DNA of 63,351 nucleotides from the IMG/VR virus record IMGVR_UViG_3300045988_110668. The stretch is one strand, 5' to 3'. The position numbers and the translations under genes are program-made. The stretch's first letter is position 1. Each line of letters opens with the position of its first letter. The DNA comes from a virus. Of this stretch, positions 26,469-34,122 are shown in pieces. The notes beneath the pieces are model-generated. The model was not told the DNA's origin and ran no database searches. It saw only the letters and a program-made list of their open reading frames with translations.

Positions 26469-27440
26469 TCAATTATCTAATTCTTCTATCGCTTTGAAAA
26501 TTTCAATAATCACATGCGGAACTATGGCGTTTCCATATCCTTTAATTGATTCCTGTCTCCATTTTGTGAAAGGAATGGTAAGGTTGTCCACATCAAAGGG
26601 AAGCCCATCATTTCCTCGACAAACAGGGGATTGAGTTGGGAAGTTTTCCCAGTTTGATCGGATATGTAATGATTCAGTTGGGATTTTCTGCTTGTACCGT
26701 CCTTTCTCTCCTTGCAGCATCCGTTGTGATGGCAACTCGCAGTAGGAGTAGGTAACAACCCCATCTTTGCTGCTAAAGCAATTGTTGGACGTTCCTTTGC
26801 ATTGGGTGAGCGGCTCTTGTTTATTCTTCCCGTTCCGGCATCTATCGAGGTCGGAGTGGGGAGCATCATTCCTGTGAGCAACAAACCACACTCTGTCTCT
26901 TCTGTGGGGCGCTCCGACGGCACAAGCCGGAATAAGCAACGGTTGGACGGAATATCCTTCTCGTTCAAGGTCTTTACAGATGGTTTCGACGACATACTCT
27001 TGTCGTAACAATACTCTTTTTCGGTTATCTTCTCCGAAAAGAGCGGTTTGGCTTCCCATTTCAGTCTCCTCACCGGACTGAACCATTGTGAGGATTCCAG
27101 CAACGTTTTCACCAATAACCCAAGTGGGTCGGATTTCGCGTATTGCTCGTAACATTTCTGGCCAGAGGTAACGGTTATCATCCGCTCCCTTTCTCTGACC
27201 TGCAAGGGAGAAAGGCTGGCAAGGAAATCCGCCTGTGAGGACATCGATTCTTCCTTTCCATTGACTAAAGTCTGTCTTTGTAATATCTTCATAATGTTCT
27301 GAATCAGGAAACCAATATTTTAGTATCTCGTTGCAAAAAGAGTTTATCTCACAGTGAAAGGCATTTTTCCAGCCCATCCATGACGCTGCAACGCTAGGGG
27401 CATCAAAGCCGCTAAATAAAGAACCGTGAGTTTTATTCAT
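26469..27440 (-). CDS. dcm: DNA (cytosine-5) methyltransferase
   Basis: Motifs in order: SLFSGFD (I-like), GGFPCQPFS (IV), ENV (VI), APHRRDRVW (VIII), GNAIVP (X). Confidence 0.85.
   Translation of the reverse strand: MNKTHGSLFSGFDAPSVAASWMGWKNAFHCEINSFCNEILKYWFPDSEHYEDITKTDFSQWKGRIDVLTGGFPCQPFSLAGQRKGADDNRYLWPEMLRAIREIRPTWVIGENVAGILTMVQSGEETEMGSQTALFGEDNRKRVLLRQEYVVETICKDLEREGYSVQPLLIPACAVGAPHRRDRVWFVAHRNDAPHSDLDRCRNGKNKQEPLTQCKGTSNNCFSSKDGVVTYSYCELPSQRMLQGEKGRYKQKIPTESLHIRSNWENFPTQSPVCRGNDGLPFDVDNLTIPFTKWRQESIKGYGNAIVPHVIIEIFKAIEELDN
26522..27292 (-). other. 256-codon ORF in the +1 frame, fully nested in dcm (candidate overprinted gene or frameshift isoform)
   Basis: Track ORF. It is 2.4 times longer than any other same-strand nested ORF in the window. 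Its product carries LPTPT x2 and LNPLFVEEMMGFPLMWT. Confidence 0.4.
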
Positions 27441-27561
27441 ATCATTCGTTGTTTAATTAATCACACCCATTAAGTAGTCTGATATTGCGTAGACTACCAG
27501 ATAAAATAAGATGTTAACTCCTAGGAGAAGGAGGATGTTTAGGAGTATTCTCATTGTTTGA

Positions 27562-28284
27562 TTACATTTTAGCAATATAAGGAATTCCAACACGAATAGA
27601 AGCTCTTTTAATAGCATCCTTATCTCCGCTTTCCACAAGCTTTTTCTCTTGTTCAAGGTATTCGACATAAGATATACTATTGTTATCACGTTCTTCAACT
27701 TCTTTTTGACGCTGTAAACGATATTGTTCACGTTCATGCCGATCAATTCCTTTTCTCCTTTCCGATATATATTCAAGCATAGCACTTGTTATCTTCATAG
27801 GATCAATAGCTCCGTAAAACCTCCCATATTTGCCAGATTTAAAACGAGCTATGAAAAAACATATTTCAGCGGCATTGATATAATAATACTCCGAAAGAAA
27901 TATTGCAGCCAATTCCTCAAGTTGAGTTTTGGCTATCTTTGTAGATACCTCTGCAAAATCATTCAACGTTCCAAATTGAATTTTAAGCCACTCTAAAGGA
28001 GTTTCATCCCCATAAGTAGAAGCCAAAAGCCCCAAACTTGGTATTTCAAGATTTAAAGCTAAATCTGCGTGTGTAGCATTACATCTGACAATTTTAAATT
28101 GCAAATCCGGGTTATAATCAAGAATGAATTGTGCCGGATCAGGGTATTTGTCCAATAATGCCCTCTGCTTCAAGCTCCTTTCTCTTTTTTGCGGCAGCTT
28201 CTCGGACGGTTGTAGCGACTGCAAGAACTGAATCACGTTTTCGCTGCTCGCTATCTTGTTGATTTTTACTAATCCTTGTTCCAT
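27562..28284 (-). CDS. Hypothetical replication-module protein (240 aa)
   Basis: Track ORF. The first in-frame ATG gives a 146-nt overlap with the upstream gene. Confidence 0.55.
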   Translation of the reverse strand: MEQGLVKINKIASSENVIQFLQSLQPSEKLPQKRERSLKQRALLDKYPDPAQFILDYNPDLQFKIVRCNATHADLALNLEIPSLGLLASTYGDETPLEWLKIQFGTLNDFAEVSTKIAKTQLEELAAIFLSEYYYINAAEICFFIARFKSGKYGRFYGAIDPMKITSAMLEYISERRKGIDRHEREQYRLQRQKEVEERDNNSISYVEYLEQEKKLVESGDKDAIKRASIRVGIPYIAKM

Positions 28285-29065
28285 TGTAGTTACCTTCTAA
28301 AATTTTAGTATAATTGGCCTGTTTGAATATCCAATCAAAGTCACACTTCCAGTTGCGATCATTTCCGCCAAGCAAGAAAGAACTTTGAAGAACAAGATTA
28401 AACACAGTCCTTACACTTTCCTTACTATATTGGGCTATGCGTGCCTTAACAGCTTTCTTACGTGTTTCAGTCATTGATTTTATAGCAGGAAGCTTATCTT
28501 TAAACAACTCATTGTACCAATTCATCAAGCCGTTATAATCAATATTTCCCGAAACAGAATGGAAAGAAAGCTCGCCTTTCTTTTCTTCTCCGTTAGGAGA
28601 AGTTTCTTTATTATCTTCCTTTTCCATTTCCATTTCCTCCGCGGTGTTCACGTCGTCATGACATAGTGTTGACGTGGTGTTCACGTCGTCATTTTTTAAA
28701 GCCCTACTAATCAATTCATTAACCAAAGATTTATCTTTACTGATGTATGATTTATCGTATCTCTTATCAATGATCTGATGGCTACGAAATGTGCGGATAA
28801 TGTAATAGCTTTCTTCTTTGTGAATAATAGGTATTAGCATCCGGGCATCTACTAAGGCATCTATCCATTTTTTTATTTCAGATACTCGTAAATTTTCATC
28901 ATAAGGAAAAATCTGTGATTTAAGAAGTGCGGCATTGCTTTTAATTACACCAAAATCATCTGCGAAATTCCAACACCCAATAAAGAAAAGTCGACATGGA
29001 ATAGGTAATTTCCCTATTTTTTCATCTTCCCAAAATTCGGGTTTAACTGTTCGTATGCGGGCCAT
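28139..29065 (-). CDS. Putative replication initiation / organiser protein
   Basis: N-terminal MARIRTVKPEFWEDEKIGKL...RLFFIGCWNFADDFGV is a pattern I associate with phage replication-region proteins. This is from memory only. Confidence 0.4.
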   Translation of the reverse strand: MARIRTVKPEFWEDEKIGKLPIPCRLFFIGCWNFADDFGVIKSNAALLKSQIFPYDENLRVSEIKKWIDALVDARMLIPIIHKEESYYIIRTFRSHQIIDKRYDKSYISKDKSLVNELISRALKNDDVNTTSTLCHDDVNTAEEMEMEKEDNKETSPNGEEKKGELSFHSVSGNIDYNGLMNWYNELFKDKLPAIKSMTETRKKAVKARIAQYSKESVRTVFNLVLQSSFLLGGNDRNWKCDFDWIFKQANYTKILEGNYNGTRISKNQQDSEQRKRDSVLAVATTVREAAAKKRKELEAEGIIGQIP

Positions 29066-29133
29066 GCTTATTATATAAATGTTTATCCATAATTAAAAGT
29101 TATTTAGGGTTACCGACAAGTAACCCTGTTGAT

Positions 29134-29904
29134 TTATGCGGCATCTTTCCCTAGAAACTTATTCACAAAATAGATTTGTCCTTTTCCCGTAACCTTCGTT
29201 GTAGTAGTAACTAACACCGTCCCATCTGGCTTGGTTATTGTTGTTTGTTTTATTTCAAACAATCCTAATTCCATAGATTTTTGTGTAGGTTGATTATAAT
29301 ATTGTCCTTTCTGACAGAGATAGCCATTATCACGCAGCCATGAGAACAAGCGATTTTGACCGATATTCACACCGTTCTGCTGTAGTATCTTCGCTAATTC
29401 AGCGATCAAACAAGAACGTTGGGAAGTCGAGACCGCATCGGCAAAAAGAACTTTAGGAGCGTCCTGTTGAATTTTACTTTCTACTTCGATAAGGCGCTGC
29501 TCTTTTCGTTTCAGTGTTTCTTGTGCTACAATCAACGCACGTGCCATAATTTCTTCGGGAGTATCATTTTGCTGGGTTGTAATATAGCCGCCATGTTTGC
29601 GGATAGATGGAAGAACTTCGCCACATACCCAATCTTGGAAAGGTTCGGCTTGTGGTTTATCCGAACGCATGATTACTTTATATAGATTCTTTTCTGTTAC
29701 AAAATTCATCTGCTGTGCTCTACCCATTGAATCTATGACCCCAAACCGAATGGGGGCATCCTTTATTCTTGATTGTACGGCGTCTACTCTTAACTCAAGC
29801 ACTTTACACACATCTGCCAAGCAGAATAATGGTTCTTCATTCTCATTCATCGCAATTCTTACCTCTCCGAATTGCTCATTCTGAAAGATTTTAATTTTAT
29901 TCAT
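29134..29904 (-). CDS. Bro-N plus KilAC-type antirepressor
   Basis: IFQNEQFGEVRIAMNENEEPLFCLADVCKVLEL (Bro-N) with a C-terminal LFADAVSTSQRSCLIAELAKIL..GYL (KilAC-like) region. Confidence 0.75.
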   Translation of the reverse strand: MNKIKIFQNEQFGEVRIAMNENEEPLFCLADVCKVLELRVDAVQSRIKDAPIRFGVIDSMGRAQQMNFVTEKNLYKVIMRSDKPQAEPFQDWVCGEVLPSIRKHGGYITTQQNDTPEEIMARALIVAQETLKRKEQRLIEVESKIQQDAPKVLFADAVSTSQRSCLIAELAKILQQNGVNIGQNRLFSWLRDNGYLCQKGQYYNQPTQKSMELGLFEIKQTTITKPDGTVLVTTTTKVTGKGQIYFVNKFLGKDAA

Positions 29905-29975
29905 AATATATTGATTTAAATTTTAGACAATAGCGATACAGGCGGAAGTATCTCATTCTGCCATTTAGTTAGAAT

Positions 29976-30212
29976 TTAAATATTTGATAACAGAAACTTT
30001 AAACAATCCTTGTGTGGATCGCCTGAATGATGACTAAAATGGTAATCCTGGAATTGCTGGAATAATCCTTGCGAGAGTATGAAGGCATAAGCTTCATTCT
30101 TGCAATTTTTTTCGATTAGGAACTTTTCATAAGATACAGTTTTCGCACTGCTGGGCGCAAAGTTGGGGTTACTATTATTCGCCTTAACTCTGATTTCGTT
30201 GGTTCTTGGCAT
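29976..30212 (-). CDS. Hypothetical protein (78 aa), first gene after leader copy 3
   Basis: Track ORF. Confidence 0.5.
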   Translation of the reverse strand: MPRTNEIRVKANNSNPNFAPSSAKTVSYEKFLIEKNCKNEAYAFILSQGLFQQFQDYHFSHHSGDPHKDCLKFLLSNI

Positions 30213-30231
30213 TGAACGAAATTTGAGTTGT

Positions 30232-30413
30232 TAAAAACAAGAAAGGCTATCGCCTCCCGTTCCGCCAAGAACCGACACCGTTAGAGATAACGAGCATCCA
30301 ATGGGATTTGATAGCCTTATATCTTTGCAATATTACGCTTACAAACGAACATAAAAATATGCACGTTAATCTCTTTCAGAAGTCTTGTTCTTGGCGTGAA
30401 CACCGCAAAGATA
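30232..30413 (-). promoter_or_regulatory. Promoter plus structured leader (leader copy 3)
   Basis: Elements: TATCTTTG 30413-30406; P1 strands 30401-30387 / 30272-30259 (14 bp); box-like hairpin 30364-30340; terminator stem 30318-30310 / 30251-30243 (9 bp); TTTCTTGTTTTT. Confidence 0.65.
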
Positions 30414-30444
30414 CACTCAAATTTCAAAATACCAAATGAAAATC

Positions 30445-30852
30445 TTATTTTTCTGCTAAGTAACCATTCACAACCTCTATAAACTCCTCCAAAGACCGGC
30501 AGACAACATACTTCGCTCCTATACTATCAAATTCCTTTTGATAGGCTTTTTGGTGATCGCTTTGTCTTCCTGTCTTAGTCTTTAATTCAATTCCCATAAA
30601 AGGATAATACTTGTTAGGGATCAACAGAAGTAAGTCAGGGAAACCGGCACGTACTCCCATCTGTTTAAACTTTGCAGCTTCGATAGCATTCCGTTTACCG
30701 CCATTAGGAGAATGATGCAACCTTAGCCTATATTGAGGATATTCCAAATCGAACCAGCAAACACAAGCTCTTTGCAAATCATCCTCTTCATGTTTTGGCT
30801 TCTTGCGGATATTCTTACCGCAGTACTGGGCTTTCATTTCTTCGAATGTCAT
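30445..30852 (-). CDS. VRR-NUC domain nuclease
   Basis: ..HHSPNGGKRN..GVRAGFPDLLLLIP..MGIELKTKTGRQSDHQK.. Confidence 0.75.
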   Translation of the reverse strand: MTFEEMKAQYCGKNIRKKPKHEEDDLQRACVCWFDLEYPQYRLRLHHSPNGGKRNAIEAAKFKQMGVRAGFPDLLLLIPNKYYPFMGIELKTKTGRQSDHQKAYQKEFDSIGAKYVVCRSLEEFIEVVNGYLAEK

Positions 30853-30853
30853 A

Positions 30854-31003
30854 TCAACCTTTCTCCTTACTCCTTTGGAGTTTCTTTCTAGTTTTACGAA
30901 TCATATCTTCATCTCTCAAATTATATCCCCTAATGAGGATTTCTGACGTTTTCAAGCACCGGACTATCGTCTGGTATTCTTGTTTGGTGATTGTTATTTT
31001 CAT
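30854..31003 (-). CDS. Small hypothetical protein (49 aa)
   Basis: My translation: MKITITKQEYQTIVRCLKTSEILIRGYNLRDEDMIRKTRKKLQRSKEKG. Its stop abuts the VRR-NUC ATG, and its ATG lies 2 nt after the tRNA-like element. Confidence 0.4.
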   Translation of the reverse strand: MKITITKQEYQTIVRCLKTSEILIRGYNLRDEDMIRKTRKKLQRSKEKG

Positions 31004-31004
31004 G

Positions 31005-31193
31005 TGGGACAAGCAGGAGTCGAACCTGCACAAGTATCGTCTGCTTTCTCGTTTTCGTCCGTAGATTGGTTATCCTACGATTTTTAAACTACTCAACCAG
31101 TTACTAACAGCACCGGTCTTGATGACATCCATTCTTATGTACACTTAGAATTTCCGTTCATTTAGTCTTAGCGCCCTATGACCATTTTGTCCC
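31005..31193 (-). ncRNA. tRNA-like RNA (acceptor stem plus canonical T-arm, ~157-nt non-tRNA interior)
   Basis: 5' GGGACAA pairs perfectly with 3' TTGTCCC. T-arm is GCAGG-TTCGACT-CCTGC. A -7-like box TAGCTTTG lies at 31248-31241. Confidence 0.5.
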
Positions 31194-31245
31194 ATGTTCG
31201 CCCGCCAATCTTCACAGACAGGCTGGGGTAAAAAGGTTAACAAAG

Positions 31246-31440
31246 CTATCTTAACAGCTCACTCTTGCGGATTATAGCTCTACCAGTGACGATAGTATTC
31301 TCCGTATTGTGAGATAATGTACTTTGCTTAATTCCTATCTGATCCTCGGACAAATGGCGAAATATGCCCGTTACCGAACTGAAATAATAGTTCCGCTTTT
31401 CGAAGATCAGGTAGACATGGATTACTTTAGTTCTACGCAT
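31246..31440 (-). CDS. Hypothetical protein (64 aa)
   Basis: Track ORF. Confidence 0.4.
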   Translation of the reverse strand: MRRTKVIHVYLIFEKRNYYFSSVTGIFRHLSEDQIGIKQSTLSHNTENTIVTGRAIIRKSELLR

Positions 31441-31496
31441 TTCGCATAACTTTTATTTCAAAACTTCCAAATAGCAGTTATTTGGAATAACACTTC

Positions 31497-31871
31497 CTAA
31501 TATCCCGTTTTATTTAATCTCATAGCTTCCTTCTCGTAACTCAACAAAGTGCGTAAGGCGTCTAATTGATGCGTACAAGCAGCATTAAGCCGGTCAAGCC
31601 TGTCCACCAAATACGATTCATCCTCCGCTATGCTGTCAAGCAAGGCATTTTGCACCTTTGCCGACAAACACTGCTCTTTTGCTATTGCGATGATAGTATT
31701 ACTTATCTCTGTGGATTTCTTCTTTCTGAGTAGCTTCTTTGCATCCGCAAGCATTTCACCGGATCGGTTCAGGTATACCATTATGACTGATATCCTTTCC
31801 TGTATCTCTACCGGATTATTTGAACAGGTAATGTTCAGGTAATCGTTTATTTCGCTAATTTCTTTTTCCAT
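31497..31871 (-). CDS. Hypothetical protein (124 aa)
   Basis: Track ORF. Confidence 0.55.
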   Translation of the reverse strand: MEKEISEINDYLNITCSNNPVEIQERISVIMVYLNRSGEMLADAKKLLRKKKSTEISNTIIAIAKEQCLSAKVQNALLDSIAEDESYLVDRLDRLNAACTHQLDALRTLLSYEKEAMRLNKTGY

Positions 31872-32539
31872 AAGCTACCTACCATTTTTTCAATTATTTC
31901 ATTAGCCTTCAGAATTCGCTTCTCAAATTCAGCGATAACAGATTCATCCCTTGTTATCTCTACTATATGAATATTATGCTTCAAGAATGGACAGAAAACA
32001 ACAAAATCAGCCTTTTCTAAACCCGTACAAGCCATTTCCGCTTGAACCTGGTAGAAGTACTTAGAGTTTACTGATTTAAGTGTGTCGTTATCCTTAACCT
32101 CCGCCATGTATTCCATGAACGTCTTAGGCAATGGACATTTAATCTCAACCACTTTCCTTGTACTACAAATGGTTGATATGCGGTCTGGTGAAGCAGAAAA
32201 ATAAGGTATTGTAGGGTGAGTAATGCTTTCGCATTCTTCCAGTTCGCATCTAGTAGCAAGTTGATACCGTTCCGCAGCAAAATCTTCATTGTCGTGTCCC
32301 CAATCAATAAATTTATTGCCGACACTTACCTGTTCCTGGTATATTTCAAACAGAAAATCATCCTTGATATATTTAGGAAGGAGATTTCTTTCCGCTGCAA
32401 CTTCATAGATATAGGAGAGGGCTGTCTTTCCAAACATCTCCCCTTTTTTCTTTCCGCTTGTCATAAGGTCACCTATCCGGCTTCCCGTGAAATTTCCCAA
32501 TCGGGCAACTAGCCAATCCTTTGACCCCTGCTCTATCAT
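31847..32539 (-). CDS. YqaJ-like (lambda-Exo-type) recombination exonuclease
   Basis: MIEQGSKDWLVARLGNFTGSRIGDLM N-terminal signature; paired with an upstream annealing-protein gene. Confidence 0.75.
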   Translation of the reverse strand: MIEQGSKDWLVARLGNFTGSRIGDLMTSGKKKGEMFGKTALSYIYEVAAERNLLPKYIKDDFLFEIYQEQVSVGNKFIDWGHDNEDFAAERYQLATRCELEECESITHPTIPYFSASPDRISTICSTRKVVEIKCPLPKTFMEYMAEVKDNDTLKSVNSKYFYQVQAEMACTGLEKADFVVFCPFLKHNIHIVEITRDESVIAEFEKRILKANEIIEKMVGSLWKKKLAK

Positions 32540-33390
32540 TGTTCAGTTTGATTAAAAATTTCACCAGTAGTTTCGTCTACGGATGTAGATATAGCCTTTT
32601 TCATCGCATCTTTCTTTGCTTCTTTGCTTTCACGTATCGGTTTCATTAATTCATCAACTGTAGTATCTTCGTCTTTCAGAGCCTGGATCGTTCCCATTAG
32701 CATTGAAATTTCATCAGCACCGATTTGATTTGCCGTTTGCTTTCCGCACATCTTTACAACTTCTTCTTCGGTTATGCCATAGTTGTTTTTGAAATTATTC
32801 AGCACCCCTGTTCTTACTTTCAAAAGTTTGTCATGGTCGGACAAATCACCGGTTATAAATTTTTGTGCTGCGTAGTACACTCTATCTGTTATAGCTTTAG
32901 GAATAACGGCAAATACGGCATTACGATAAGCAATTGAGTTTGCAGCGTTACCCGTAACTGTAATCATGTCGTCAGAAAATCGCTGTCCGTTTTTACCAAT
33001 GATACTACGTCTAACTTCAAATGCAGAAGCAACATTAGTTTCTAGATCCCAGCATGTCCCACGGCTGATGACTTGCTTGTCTGTTATTTGCACAACTTTT
33101 GCCTCTGTACGCATATTACCCCAATTAGAGACAATTATTTTAGCTAGATGAACGGACGGGCCGGTGATAGGTTTTCCGCCACGGGGAAGGGCGTAACTAC
33201 ATGATTGAGCTGTTTCTTGATTCATAGTAGCCATTACAACCGAGTTGTCTATACTGCGTCTTATATCTCGTGGATAACGTTTAGCTGTTGCTACTTGTGA
33301 ATCAACATTTGCTCTTTCTACGGCATCAACTTGTACGATTTGTACATCTTGCTCTTCAACGGGAAGCACTTCATAGTTTTCTAAATTCAT
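32536..33390 (-). CDS. Single-strand annealing protein (RecT-like)
   Basis: Position immediately upstream of the YqaJ exonuclease gene, plus size. The family call is tentative. Confidence 0.5.
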   Translation of the reverse strand: MNLENYEVLPVEEQDVQIVQVDAVERANVDSQVATAKRYPRDIRRSIDNSVVMATMNQETAQSCSYALPRGGKPITGPSVHLAKIIVSNWGNMRTEAKVVQITDKQVISRGTCWDLETNVASAFEVRRSIIGKNGQRFSDDMITVTGNAANSIAYRNAVFAVIPKAITDRVYYAAQKFITGDLSDHDKLLKVRTGVLNNFKNNYGITEEEVVKMCGKQTANQIGADEISMLMGTIQALKDEDTTVDELMKPIRESKEAKKDAMKKAISTSVDETTGEIFNQTEQ

Positions 33391-33456
33391 ATCTTATATT
33401 ATTTAAAGTGGTTTAAATTGCTCCCGGAGTGCCGATCAAAGCAAACCGGGATTAAG

Positions 33457-34122
33457 TTAAGATAGTTTGCGGATAATCTCACCGCCATACGAGTTTTTAG
33501 TCAGTTCTATAAACTCATATACAGTAAACCTATCATTGTCTACATCTATACCTTTGTCCTTACAAAAAGCTTCTCTTCCAGCCTTGCAACTCTCAGTGAG
33601 TACATGATGCCATATAAACAAGTCTTTAGCAGAATACTTTCTAGAAAAGTCAGAAAAATGCTCTTTAAACTTAAGAATCCTTTCCTCTTCTGTACTATCA
33701 TCATAAAGCTTTTCTCGCAAAGATTCAAATGCCTCATGTAGAGTATTACCATGAGAAATTTGATTGTTCTCTTTTGCTATAAAACAGGGAGTAAGAGATA
33801 AATCAGACTGAAGGATAAAACCTTTTGCGATATTACCCTTTACATTTGTGATAATAGTAGGTATATTATCTACTACATAAATAGAATTCCCATTTATGGA
33901 TTTTATGCCATAGCCATAGCCAGAGCCAGAGCCAGAGCCAGAGCCATCGCCATCGCCAGAGCCATAGCCAGAGCCATAGCCATCGCCAGAGTCATAGCCA
34001 GAGCCAGAGCCATCGCCATAGCCATAGCCAGAGCCAGAGCCATAGCCATAGCCAGAGCCATAGCCATAGCCAGAGCCAATACTTAGAAACTGCTTTATTC
34101 TATCTTCCATTACCTTGCCCAT
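33457..34122 (-). CDS. Protein with a ~60-aa (G/S/D)-Y low-complexity N-terminus and a globular C-terminal domain
   Basis: GSGYGYGSGYGYGSGSGYGYGDGSGSGYDSGDGYGSGYGSGDGDGSGSGSGSGYGYG. Confidence 0.7.
   Translation of the reverse strand: MGKVMEDRIKQFLSIGSGYGYGSGYGYGSGSGYGYGDGSGSGYDSGDGYGSGYGSGDGDGSGSGSGSGYGYGIKSINGNSIYVVDNIPTIITNVKGNIAKGFILQSDLSLTPCFIAKENNQISHGNTLHEAFESLREKLYDDSTEEERILKFKEHFSDFSRKYSAKDLFIWHHVLTESCKAGREAFCKDKGIDVDNDRFTVYEFIELTKNSYGGEIIRKLS
33907..34077. repeat. Degenerate hexanucleotide tandem repeat (GCCAKM)n, ~28 units
   Basis: gccatagccagagccagagcc...; it encodes the Gly-Ser/Tyr/Asp tract. Confidence 0.9.

Noticed and set aside
27453-27785. A 110-aa minus-strand ORF.
   Set aside because: It is nested out of frame in the C-terminal part of 27562..28284 and has a hydrophobic junk-like composition. 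Its length is ordinary for nested ORFs in this window.
31246-31440. Possible remnant of a NUMOD-type homing endonuclease that would make the 31005-31193 element an intron-containing tRNA.
   Set aside because: The resemblance (..IGIKQSTLSH..) is too short to support. The ORF lies outside the acceptor-paired RNA, and the 157-nt interior is too small for a group I intron.
33907-34077. The hexamer repeat array, considered as a CRISPR or non-coding satellite.
   Set aside because: The units are 6 nt with no spacers, and the array lies in frame within a long ORF. It is a coding low-complexity tract.
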